This document shows positions 37,803 to 46,496 of a stretch of 63,094 nucleotides of DNA, in pieces. Under the pieces are notes generated by a model. It was given only the letters and a program-made list of their open reading frames with translations, was not told the DNA's origin and searched no databases. The DNA lies in IMG/VR virus record IMGVR_UViG_3300014877_000064, positions 1 through 63,094 of that record. The stretch is one strand, 5' to 3'. The DNA is from a virus. Taxonomy: Duplodnaviria; Caudoviricetes. How positions within the stretch are numbered: the stretch's first letter is position 1; the number at the start of each line of letters is the position of its first letter. The position numbers and the translations under genes were made by a program.

Positions 37803-38273
37803 TTATATTACAAAGAGGTCAACTTCAATTAGTTGATCTGTTAGATTTATGCTCGGAACGGTGTAGGCAACGAATATACGAATCTTGCCGGTAAAAATGT
37901 TCTCCTCATAGTCTGGAAGAGACTCATACCCCTGTAGCTCGACGAAGGGCATGTACTTGCTGTTGGCTGTCTTGACACGAAGCATAACTTCACGGTCGAA
38001 GTCTTCCTTGTTGCTCCAGTCTGTAAGTAAGGGCCTTAAATTAGCACCAAAATCATAAAGAGCAAGTCTTTCTCCGTGGTTGGTTAAAATCAGGTTCCTT
38101 AGGTTGTCTGAAATCTGCTCCTTGAGAGTAAAGTGCATCTTAAAAATGCTGTTACCTTCTACATCCAATTCGAGGGGTGTCTTAAAGCCAATAGGAACCG
38201 GGGCGGACCTTGGTACGACCGGTTGTCGTGTGACGCCCTGTACGCCAACATCCTTGAAGCTTATCAGTGCCAT
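37803..38273 (-). CDS. Baseplate protein gp25/GPW family
   Basis: QISDNLRNLILTNHGERL...DFGANLRPLL signature. Confidence 0.88.
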   Translation of the reverse strand: MALISFKDVGVQGVTRQPVVPRSAPVPIGFKTPLELDVEGNSIFKMHFTLKEQISDNLRNLILTNHGERLALYDFGANLRPLLTDWSNKEDFDREVMLRVKTANSKYMPFVELQGYESLPDYEENIFTGKIRIFVAYTVPSINLTDQLIEVDLFVI

Positions 38274-38283
38274 ATACCTTCAG

Positions 38284-38289
38284 TAAATA
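38284..38289 (-). promoter_or_regulatory. Putative late promoter TATTTA
   Basis: GATATTTA in the short intergenic gap, 10 nt before the gp25 ATG. Confidence 0.5.
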
Positions 38290-38296
38290 TCAGGTA

Positions 38297-38551
38297 TCAG
38301 GGAACGCCAGGGGTATATGTTGCAATAGTTCCCGGACTGACAATAACCGTACCAGTTCCAGAGCCTGTAAAGGCTCCTGGTTGATTCAGTTGTGCCTTAA
38401 GACGAGTTAGTTCGTCAACGATGTGGGCATACACGGCATCCGTGATTTTATCGGCTAGTCTGTCAATCTGTGCCTGTGGGTCTTCTCCGTTCCCACGGAC
38501 TTCCGAAAGAAAGGCCGCCTTGATTTGGTTTTTAAGTGCTCGTTTTGACAT
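38297..38551 (-). CDS. Small baseplate/spike-associated protein
   Basis: 84 aa between gp5-like and gp25 genes; C-terminal FTGSGTGTV. Confidence 0.55.
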   Translation of the reverse strand: MSKRALKNQIKAAFLSEVRGNGEDPQAQIDRLADKITDAVYAHIVDELTRLKAQLNQPGAFTGSGTGTVIVSPGTIATYTPGVP

Positions 38552-38556
38552 GTAGG

Positions 38557-40263
38557 TTACTCTCCGAAGATTTTTTTGCTCTTTGCATCTGCCTGATTGA
38601 TTGTGTCGATTTTCTGCTTTATTTGCTCGACCTTAATTGAAGTCTCAGAAGAAACTCTAGGGCCAACCACCACCAACTGGGCAATAGATGACCAGGGAAC
38701 TGCAATTGCAGAGGTAAAGGCTGTGTTGTAGTCGTCGGTTATCTTTTTTACCTGGTCTGCCAGGGTTTTTACCTGGGTTTTCAATTCTTCCATGTGCACA
38801 TTGTAGTAAGTCCAACGAATGTAGGGCTCCTTGTTGTCATTGCCTCTTCCAAGGACAATCTTACGGGCATCTGCCTGGATTGCTCCAGTTTGGTCAAACA
38901 ACATGTAGGCCATGTTACCATCCGGAACAGCAGCATTGTTTCTCTCAGCCGCACTACCTGGAACGGTGCCTCTGGCAGAGGTGTTTCTGTTCCCCTCCCT
39001 AACAAGAAGGATGGTGCCGGCAATGTTTTGTCTGGCACCCACCTGGGGTTCCCTACGAGCCACAACACGGATGTTGTCGGCCTTGGCTACGACATAACTT
39101 CTTCCATAGGGTCCAGTGCCGGAAGGCTGGATATTGGGAATGGCATTTTCAGGATATAGAAGGCCCTTGCCAGCAACCTGAACGAGACCATAGTTTTCAT
39201 CTACCTTACTTTGCTGAACCACATAAAGTCGGGCAGCATCATAAGTGGGACTCGGGTCGCCCTCGATAGGGTTGGCAACTCTTTGAGTCCTAAAGGGATT
39301 CTTGTCTGTTTCCCTGTAACCCCTGGAGTTGACCGTAACAATGGGAGCGGTGTTGCTTTCTCCTGGAGGATTGGAGTCATTGACTTCCCTGGGGTTTACG
39401 CCGGGTTCTGGAAAGTATCGCCCACGCCCCACAATGAGGTCAATGGATCCAGCCTGTCTTGGGGCACCACCAGTTTTGACAATGTCCACAGGAGTTGGTT
39501 GAATTGAACCAGAAATTGGACCATTTCGATCTTCTCCAAGGACAATTATGGCATTGTTGGATCCCTGGAGTACAAACTCCTGGGGACGTTTTTTCCATCT
39601 GGGCACTGGTTCTGGGGTAACATACTTGGAAGCCACAGAACCATTCCAAATGGTGTCATAGGGATTTTCATTTAGGTTACCGCTCGGAACGAGGGTAAGA
39701 GTGTCGGGAGTATTGCCACCGTTCTGAAAGCTAGCTGAAATTAGGGTGGTTGGGCGATTCGTAACATCACTGGTTGTGTAATTGCCAGGGTTGATGGATG
39801 GGTCAAATCTACGGTCGTAGTGAGTGTAGTTCGGATCCTCAAAGGTTCCAAACCCATGGGCACGACTCAGCCAGTATCCAACTCTGGTACCACTTACGGT
39901 GTAGTCCTCATATATGGCGTAAATCTGCTCCCCGGGTTGAACTGGCAACATGAGGTGAGAAGACCAGAATGGAAAAAGGACGGTATTGCTCGTTGCTCCC
40001 ATGCCACCTTGGTTACTCACCATTCTGGCAATGACGGACCCAACTGGCATAACGTCAATCAACTCGGGGTTATCAACGATGTTGGCAAGCTGACCCAGGT
40101 AGTCGTCACTCAAAAGGTTTGTATCCGTTATGACGTCAACGACAACCCCTCTCTGAAGGACGGGTGCCTCAGCCTGGGATGCCATCTGTGTAAACTGGCC
40201 TTCTGTTGTCCTGGCTCCTGGGCCACCAACGAGGCGGCGAGTTATATTAGTGCTTACTCTCAT
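38557..40263 (-). CDS. Baseplate central spike/hub protein (gp5/gpV-like OB fold)
   Basis: RGVVVDVI...LPVQPGEQI...GYWL OB-fold pattern; LQGSNNAIIVLG; upstream of gp25 and gp6. Confidence 0.65.
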   Translation of the reverse strand: MRVSTNITRRLVGGPGARTTEGQFTQMASQAEAPVLQRGVVVDVITDTNLLSDDYLGQLANIVDNPELIDVMPVGSVIARMVSNQGGMGATSNTVLFPFWSSHLMLPVQPGEQIYAIYEDYTVSGTRVGYWLSRAHGFGTFEDPNYTHYDRRFDPSINPGNYTTSDVTNRPTTLISASFQNGGNTPDTLTLVPSGNLNENPYDTIWNGSVASKYVTPEPVPRWKKRPQEFVLQGSNNAIIVLGEDRNGPISGSIQPTPVDIVKTGGAPRQAGSIDLIVGRGRYFPEPGVNPREVNDSNPPGESNTAPIVTVNSRGYRETDKNPFRTQRVANPIEGDPSPTYDAARLYVVQQSKVDENYGLVQVAGKGLLYPENAIPNIQPSGTGPYGRSYVVAKADNIRVVARREPQVGARQNIAGTILLVREGNRNTSARGTVPGSAAERNNAAVPDGNMAYMLFDQTGAIQADARKIVLGRGNDNKEPYIRWTYYNVHMEELKTQVKTLADQVKKITDDYNTAFTSAIAVPWSSIAQLVVVGPRVSSETSIKVEQIKQKIDTINQADAKSKKIFGE

Positions 40264-40269
40264 ACACGA

Positions 40270-40275
40270 TAGGTA
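40270..40275 (-). promoter_or_regulatory. Putative late promoter TACCTA heading the baseplate operon
   Basis: Intergenic, 6 nt before ATG 40263. Confidence 0.45.
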
Positions 40276-40291
40276 TTAAGGTACTCTGATT

Positions 40292-41563
40292 TCAGATTTT
40301 TGTACCGCCCCTACCATAACGAACGAGACCAAGAATTTGATTGATGGGATTGAATGCCCCTGTAAACTTGTAGGTATGCCCCTTGAATCTGAAGGTAATG
40401 CCCTCCATGGAGGAGGTTACCCTGTCAACGGACTGAAGCTTGGTAAGTTGCTTATTGAGGGTATCAATGAACTCCCTGTTCCCAGACTGCTTGATTTTTT
40501 GAATGGCGTCATCTGTTGCAGACTTTAGTCTGCGCACCTCTTCATTGGGGTGAAGGGCAATCATGCTCTGTACGCCACTTAGCAGGTCCACCGCAAAATC
40601 ATGGATAACCATTTCGATGGGTCCCACGGCCCCACTGAGGAGCTGATCCCTGTTCATGAGAAAGGCAGCCAAATTTTTGAAAACGGTCTTGTCTGGAACC
40701 TTGGACTGAAGAACTTTACGCTTTTCATTGCCGCCCATATTGTCATCAACGATCAGGTCCGCCATGAACTTGGAAAGACCTTTGTCAAAGGTAGACAGGG
40801 GACCCTTCAAAAGGGCGGCCTTAAGAAAGTCTCTGATTTTATGACCATCTGACAGACCATACTGACCCTGGAGTGCCTGAAGTTTGCTTACGGCCTTTTT
40901 AAGGGGTTCCTGGCTTGCAAGTTTTTGCAAGGGGACCAAGACGGGTCCCATGATGTTCCATCCCGAGTCAGCCACAGCCTTCTGAAGTCTTTCAACCTGG
41001 CTTACGAGCCTACTGAAGTTCTGGGAGGTGTCAACCTCTGTTGGGTTGCCGTTCTGATCATAAACGATGCCCGATTTATGGAACACCAGGACATTTCTGT
41101 CGTAGTTGATCGTGTTGGGATTATCGGTGGATAGAACCTCGGCAGAGTACCAAATATTTCCATTTGGACCAAAGATTGAGGCAACGGTTTTGCCGTCCAG
41201 GGTACCAACGGCATTTTGCATTATTTTGTACGCCATTGTGAAGGCCTTGGAGACGGCTGGCTTGTCAGCCCACTTGGCCGCCACGTCGGCCGCTGAGAGG
41301 CCTCCTGATTTGATGTTGCCCTTGTTGCGGGCAAAGCGTACCTCACCCTTTGTTAGGTCAAAGGTAAAGAAGAAGTTTTGGCCATCGAGCTTCTCGGTTA
41401 CTTCCTGGAGTTTGCCCTGGGAAGCCAAACGAAAAACGTTCTTGAGGTCTCCAAAACTTAAATCCGGATTCTCGTGCAAGTGGCTCATGTGGCCTGCGAG
41501 GCCACCTTCTGCCATTTGCTCGAAAATGATGCTTTCAATCAAGGCTTGGAGATCGAGGTTCAT
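40292..41563 (-). CDS. ATP-dependent ligase/covalent nucleotidyltransferase-like protein (RNA ligase-like) with LIES-type leader
   Basis: Motif I TEKLDG, III SAEV, IV EGITF, V YKFTG; N-terminal GHMSHLHE. Confidence 0.65.
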   Translation of the reverse strand: MNLDLQALIESIIFEQMAEGGLAGHMSHLHENPDLSFGDLKNVFRLASQGKLQEVTEKLDGQNFFFTFDLTKGEVRFARNKGNIKSGGLSAADVAAKWADKPAVSKAFTMAYKIMQNAVGTLDGKTVASIFGPNGNIWYSAEVLSTDNPNTINYDRNVLVFHKSGIVYDQNGNPTEVDTSQNFSRLVSQVERLQKAVADSGWNIMGPVLVPLQKLASQEPLKKAVSKLQALQGQYGLSDGHKIRDFLKAALLKGPLSTFDKGLSKFMADLIVDDNMGGNEKRKVLQSKVPDKTVFKNLAAFLMNRDQLLSGAVGPIEMVIHDFAVDLLSGVQSMIALHPNEEVRRLKSATDDAIQKIKQSGNREFIDTLNKQLTKLQSVDRVTSSMEGITFRFKGHTYKFTGAFNPINQILGLVRYGRGGTKI

Positions 41564-42045
41564 TACTGTTTGTGGGAAGTCTTTTGAATTTTGTCGTAGA
41601 TATCGTCTTGAGACATCATGTCTTCAAGTTCATTCTCGGAGGCGCCAGAAACTAGCTCAGCCAGCTTCAGAATTTGATCATTTGCCTTACTCATGCGTTC
41701 CATGTAACGAGACAAGTTCTGTCCGTGGATGGCGTGTTCTGTTGCATTACAGTGAACATACCCATAAAGGTCCGTCCACATAATATAGGCGTTTTTCCTA
41801 TCTTGAACGGCATTTTCGTAAATCTGTTTCCAAAGGGCCTTCTGTTTATCCTCGATTGAGGAGATCTCATCCAGGAGACCACTGAAGTCCGTAAGCTGTT
41901 GGTTAATCTTGTCATCTAGCTCGTCAATGTCGATAGGTTTGAAGAAGGATGCGTCCTTCTCAACAACGGGCTCATCAGGTGGAAGTTGAGGGTGAAATGT
42001 AGGCGGGGCTTGTTGATATACTGGAGTTTTCTTTTTGGGAGCCAT
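41563..42045 (-). CDS. Conserved-looking helical late protein (possibly small terminase-like)
   Basis: 160 aa; follows a TAATTA motif; the function is a guess. Confidence 0.5.
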   Translation of the reverse strand: MAPKKKTPVYQQAPPTFHPQLPPDEPVVEKDASFFKPIDIDELDDKINQQLTDFSGLLDEISSIEDKQKALWKQIYENAVQDRKNAYIMWTDLYGYVHCNATEHAIHGQNLSRYMERMSKANDQILKLAELVSGASENELEDMMSQDDIYDKIQKTSHKQ

Positions 42046-42053
42046 GGTATCTC

Positions 42054-42059
42054 TAATTA
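42054..42059. promoter_or_regulatory. Putative bidirectional late promoter (palindrome CTAATTAG)
   Basis: Only 19 nt separate the divergent ATGs at 42045 and 42065; TAATTA is 8 and 5 nt from them. Confidence 0.6.
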
Positions 42060-42064
42060 GACTT

Positions 42065-42484
42065 ATGACCCAGGTCTACATTCACTTCACTGACATTGAG
42101 AGTGCCGAAGCAATAAAGAAATCAAAGCAGCTTTGGAAGTCCTCAATTGTTTCTGGAGTTTATGCCACAGCCCTGGGTGGGGCACACTCTCCCGAGGTTC
42201 AACTTACCCGTCTAGGGAGAGCAAAGAACCGTGATGTGGCCATATACTTTACAACGATGGAACTTCCGGATATCTGTTACCCGGAAGAGTGTATTTGGAA
42301 ACAGGACCAGATCGAGATTCACGTCTACAAGATTGTGGACGCCAAGAATGCCATAAAGGACTTGGACGGAAGTCTTCCAGTTGAAAATAAGGATGCCTGG
42401 GATGAAAGACTCGATATTCCCAGCAAGGAGAACCTCAAGAAGTATATCTGGGAATCAGTATCCGAATTCCTCGGTCTTCCTTAG
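42065..42484 (+). CDS. Putative ADP-ribosyltransferase (H-Y-D/E type)
   Basis: YIHFT....AEAI..S..L and GVYAT motifs, later acidic PEE; start reassigned to ATG 42065. Confidence 0.5.
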   Translation: MTQVYIHFTDIESAEAIKKSKQLWKSSIVSGVYATALGGAHSPEVQLTRLGRAKNRDVAIYFTTMELPDICYPEECIWKQDQIEIHVYKIVDAKNAIKDLDGSLPVENKDAWDERLDIPSKENLKKYIWESVSEFLGLP

Positions 42485-43321
42485 TTCCTTGTAGTGTTTC
42501 TTTAGGGAAGACAGAACTATGGAAAGCTGTTTGCTGGATAGACCGGTAATTTCTCTGATATAGAGTAAGACGGCTCTCTTCGACAAAAGGTCTACATCAT
42601 CCAGGGTGGCAATCAAAGTCTTGATTGCCGAAATCACCGAGGTCTCGTTGTCTGTCTTGACTCTGTTTTCCAGGGCGTCAACAAGCTTGACTAGTTGGCT
42701 ATGAATTTCAGCAGCCGTTGTTACCTCATCATAGGAAGGCATAATCTGATAGGACTCAATGAGTTCAAGGTCGATTTTACTGATTCCCTCACGGTTATCG
42801 ATGGAAATGTAGGTCTGAACCTTCTTGGCATTCTGCTTACTCTTTATCGTGAGCCAGTTCTTGGCCACAACGTTGAAATAACTAAACGCCTTGGAACCCT
42901 TGTCAGGATTGAACTTGCCAACAGCTCCATAGAGGAACTCCAGACACTCATTCTTTAGGTCCAACTTAGACTCGTACATGACTGTAAAGCCATAGACATT
43001 TATCAGGTTTTCTACCAGGGCATCAAAGGCCGGAAGAATGCCAGTGACGTAAATCTTCTTTTTGGCTTCCACATCCTTTTCCCTTTGGTAAAGAACGATA
43101 GAGGCCTGTGTTACCTCGGTGAAGTAATTGGAGACGGACTTCTGTCCGGGCTTACGTCTGGATATCTTTCTTCGAATTGGCTTTGAAGGCATGACAGGAG
43201 GAGCCACACCATATTCTTCGGCTTCCTTAATGGCTGCCGCAAGGTCTTCCTTGCTGGTCGTCATCAAGTCCAACCCTTCAAAATCAGCGTCGGATTGGAT
43301 TAATCTCTTTTTCAAAGTCAT
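42455..43321 (-). CDS. Phage sigma factor (T4 gp55-like late sigma)
   Basis: NYFT, DLKNECLEFL, region-2 motif KFNPDKGSKAFSYFNVVAKN. Confidence 0.75.
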   Translation of the reverse strand: MTLKKRLIQSDADFEGLDLMTTSKEDLAAAIKEAEEYGVAPPVMPSKPIRRKISRRKPGQKSVSNYFTEVTQASIVLYQREKDVEAKKKIYVTGILPAFDALVENLINVYGFTVMYESKLDLKNECLEFLYGAVGKFNPDKGSKAFSYFNVVAKNWLTIKSKQNAKKVQTYISIDNREGISKIDLELIESYQIMPSYDEVTTAAEIHSQLVKLVDALENRVKTDNETSVISAIKTLIATLDDVDLLSKRAVLLYIREITGLSSKQLSIVLSSLKKHYKELRKTEEFGY

Positions 43322-43712
43322 TTAGTAAACCGTTCTCTCCCTTGAGTCTTTCTCGAAGGAGATGTTCCTTGAGGTCTTCAATGGAATCTTCTTCCATCAA
43401 CACAGTGTATTTCTGTTTGCTTCTCTCTAGAAATCTCTGGATTAGTCTGTTAACAGAAAGCCTGCTTGTCTTTACTTCAGCAAGAGCCTCCTGTACGACC
43501 AACTGAACTTCCTTGCTGTCAAAGAAGAGTCGCATACCAAGAATCTTTTCTAGAGTAGCCTCTACGTCATTCAAGGATTCAATGGCATCCGAAAAGTCGT
43601 CCTCAAGAACCATGATGATCTTCGCAAACCTAAACAGGTAGAAACCCGCAACGCAAAGAGCTGCAAGTAGCAGAACGGACAATACGATGAAAATGATTAG
43701 TAGCCACGTCAT
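43284..43712 (-). CDS. Membrane-anchored coiled-coil protein
   Basis: Hydrophobic N-terminal TM segment followed by a helical acidic region. Confidence 0.65.
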   Translation of the reverse strand: MTWLLIIFIVLSVLLLAALCVAGFYLFRFAKIIMVLEDDFSDAIESLNDVEATLEKILGMRLFFDSKEVQLVVQEALAEVKTSRLSVNRLIQRFLERSKQKYTVLMEEDSIEDLKEHLLRERLKGENGLLNDFEKEINPIRR

Positions 43713-44893
43713 ACGATATCTTTTAGTGCCCTGTTGTAGTGTTCCTTAATGGTTTCAAAGGAATGAGTCTTTCTAAGGGACCACTGAAGTTCCTTGGCCC
43801 ACTGCTGTGGGACTCCAGGACTTTCCGTGAACTTCTTCAGTTTACGCTTGACGTCTTCCTCTGAGGGACTTGCCCACTGTGCCTTTTCCATGAAAAGACT
43901 ATTGTCCACACGAGATTGATGGATGGGGGTAAGTCTGTAGTCGATCTTGATGTACTTACCCTGCTTCAAGAACTCTGTGTGGGCACTCCAGTTAGTTACG
44001 ATTACCGGTAACCCAGAGGCTGCCGCCTCAAGGATTGGGAGGCCAAAGCCTTCCCCACGTGTAAGAGAAACAAGGGCCTTAATGCTTGGGTGTCTGTAAA
44101 GAGCAGCTACATCTCTATCTGGCATGTCACCATGCAGGAGATAGAACTTTGGGGAGTCGCTCTTTTTGGTTTCCATGATAAGCTGGCCAAGAATGTTAGA
44201 AGCCTGAAGACGATCAATAACTGTGTTTCTAGACATGTTGGTCTTGATGACAACCCCAACATCTGGGTTGTTGGCAAAAGCCTCTGATAACCACTTGACC
44301 GTATAGAAAATATTCTTGCGGTCGTTTTCTGGGTTATTGCCAGTGAACTGAGAAAACACTAGGAAGTTAAATTTGGTTGGGAGATCGAGAGGCAACTCAG
44401 GAAGATCCTTGTCAAGGAGGGAGTCAATGAAGGCCTCGGGAACAACTTCCATTTTGGTCTTGGTTTCCCCGGTGTTTAGGAACACCTGCTTTACGAACTC
44501 GGATGGAACAATAACGAGGTCCATCTTGTTAACTGCCTCAAGCCAGGCGGGGTTACAACGGTCAGTTTCAACAGCCGCAGTTAGGCCAACGTTAAAGTCG
44601 GCCAAAAACGGATTCCATTCATTTGGAAGTTGCAACTGAAGACTTACGTCATATTTTTGCTTTGGATTTGCCGCCTGAATGATTCTTCCGATCAACCCGT
44701 TGTGGGCATTAACATCTGTAATCCATGGAGTTGAGCCCCAAACCAACGGCTCAGTAACAACCTCTAGGTCGCTACGACTATCAGCTAGGTCAAAGAGCCA
44801 TCTTGCTACTTGACGAGCATGGACTCCATAGCCACTTTGGGTCAACAAGGGGGCTCTCAAAATTACCGTCTTTTTGGTTTGTGTGGTAGTCAT
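43709..44893 (-). CDS. GT4-family (GT-B) glycosyltransferase
   Basis: SGYGVHAR; IVPSEF; RGEGFGLPILEAAASGLPVI. Confidence 0.9.
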   Translation of the reverse strand: MTTTQTKKTVILRAPLLTQSGYGVHARQVARWLFDLADSRSDLEVVTEPLVWGSTPWITDVNAHNGLIGRIIQAANPKQKYDVSLQLQLPNEWNPFLADFNVGLTAAVETDRCNPAWLEAVNKMDLVIVPSEFVKQVFLNTGETKTKMEVVPEAFIDSLLDKDLPELPLDLPTKFNFLVFSQFTGNNPENDRKNIFYTVKWLSEAFANNPDVGVVIKTNMSRNTVIDRLQASNILGQLIMETKKSDSPKFYLLHGDMPDRDVAALYRHPSIKALVSLTRGEGFGLPILEAAASGLPVIVTNWSAHTEFLKQGKYIKIDYRLTPIHQSRVDNSLFMEKAQWASPSEEDVKRKLKKFTESPGVPQQWAKELQWSLRKTHSFETIKEHYNRALKDIV

Positions 44894-46464
44894 TACTTTG
44901 CCTCTTGTGAAACGGCTTTCTTTCTTGTCATCTTTTTGACCTTGAGTCCAGAACGAATCTGTTTGCTGTCATCGATTCTAGCAGTCGGCACAGGGTTTGA
45001 AGTTGTTGGGAGTCTTGGGGCAAGACTGCCTCCCGTGGTTGAAGAAGCATTGTTGGATCCATCCGCTGCGGGTCTGGTACTACCTCCACCTAGGTCATTA
45101 TCCAGGGCATTGACAAGAGGACGAGCATCCACGACATTGAGAGGGTAAACTCCCCAACGTTTGTTGGTGCCTTCCTGTTTCTTTTTCTGGAAGGATTCAA
45201 TGCATTCTGACATGGTTTTGTCCCAGGTGTCAACAACCTGGTTATAGTCAAACTCCGCCTTGAGGTGTTCCTCGGTACGTTTCTTGAGTTCTGCCTTTTC
45301 TACATCTGTAAATTCGAAGACCTTCAGAAGGGCATCCGCAACCTGGTCCTCAGTGCAGTAGTCCTCAAAAATGTAGGGCACCATCTGAGAGCCCACAAGA
45401 CTGCGCTTGGCGGGTTCGATCGCCACACCATATTCAAAGCCATCCTTGGAGTCCACGACTTGACGAGTAAGACCGCCAGTTTTGAGGGCTACGATTGGCT
45501 TGCCACACTGCATAGAAATTAGGGTCGACAATCCGAATCCTTCGTTCTTTGCGATATTGATTCCACAGTCGGTAATGTTGTGCATGACGTTCATTTGATC
45601 AAAACCCAACTTGTCGGTAGAGAACCAAACATTGTTGGCAATGCCGAGCATATCGGAAACAGCCAACAGATTTGGACCCTCAGGATCATTAGGATCCGTG
45701 TGCATGATCAGGGTTGCTTCCTTGTGACCGTGCTTCTTCTCTAGCTTGTCGAGGAAGGCCTTCCAGCTATAGAGAATATCAGCCGGCATCTTTCTGGTTG
45801 CATTGCGGTTAACCCACAGGGCACTAAACCAGTTAGCCCTTGGACCAAAGTTCTGTTGTCTTAGCATCTTTACCTGATTCTCAGGAAGAGGGAAGAAAAT
45901 CTGCTTTGGGAAAGCGTGAGGAACATAGTGAGTCTTTTCCGGAAATTTTGCCTTCACCATTTCAAAGGTCTTATAGGACAAGCAGTTGATTAGATCGGTT
46001 GACTCATACCACGGAAAGTTGAACTGGGGATATGGATCATTGTCCCATACGTGCCAATAAACGATTGGACAAATCTGGTGAATTTCATCTTCCATTTCCC
46101 AAATCCAAATGAACTGACGTGGGTCAGTAAACAGGAAAATAGCATCTGGACGCTCGGTGATTAGTAGGCTCCTAATCATGTCTTTGGTACCAAATCCATC
46201 AACAGGCTTAACGATGAAGTCGGGGTTTACTCCAACGGTGTCATAGTTGGCGTGTTTCATGGCGCCTCCAAGGCACCTAAAAGACCAACGTCCCTTGGCA
46301 ACCAGTCCTTCAATTAAAAACCTAGCCTGGACTCCCACACCAGAGGGTGCAAGGGGATGGTCGGCCAACATCAATACCTTATGTTTCTTCTGTGGCTTGA
46401 TAAAAAGATCAGAGTCATCCAATAAGGAGTTATCATTGAGTGTCAATAGCGATTCTGAGGTCAT
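44893..46464 (-). CDS. GT4-family (GT-B) glycosyltransferase with low-complexity C-tail
   Basis: SGVGVQAR; NRNATRK; NEGFGLSTLISMQCGKPIV. Confidence 0.88.
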   Translation of the reverse strand: MTSESLLTLNDNSLLDDSDLFIKPQKKHKVLMLADHPLAPSGVGVQARFLIEGLVAKGRWSFRCLGGAMKHANYDTVGVNPDFIVKPVDGFGTKDMIRSLLITERPDAIFLFTDPRQFIWIWEMEDEIHQICPIVYWHVWDNDPYPQFNFPWYESTDLINCLSYKTFEMVKAKFPEKTHYVPHAFPKQIFFPLPENQVKMLRQQNFGPRANWFSALWVNRNATRKMPADILYSWKAFLDKLEKKHGHKEATLIMHTDPNDPEGPNLLAVSDMLGIANNVWFSTDKLGFDQMNVMHNITDCGINIAKNEGFGLSTLISMQCGKPIVALKTGGLTRQVVDSKDGFEYGVAIEPAKRSLVGSQMVPYIFEDYCTEDQVADALLKVFEFTDVEKAELKKRTEEHLKAEFDYNQVVDTWDKTMSECIESFQKKKQEGTNKRWGVYPLNVVDARPLVNALDNDLGGGSTRPAADGSNNASSTTGGSLAPRLPTTSNPVPTARIDDSKQIRSGLKVKKMTRKKAVSQEAK

Positions 46465-46496
46465 CCTTGTTTCTTCCTAATGTGTGTTGTTATTGT

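Noticed and set aside
41106-41783. 225-aa plus-strand ORF
   Set aside because: Antisense to two coupled minus-strand genes; shadow-like composition
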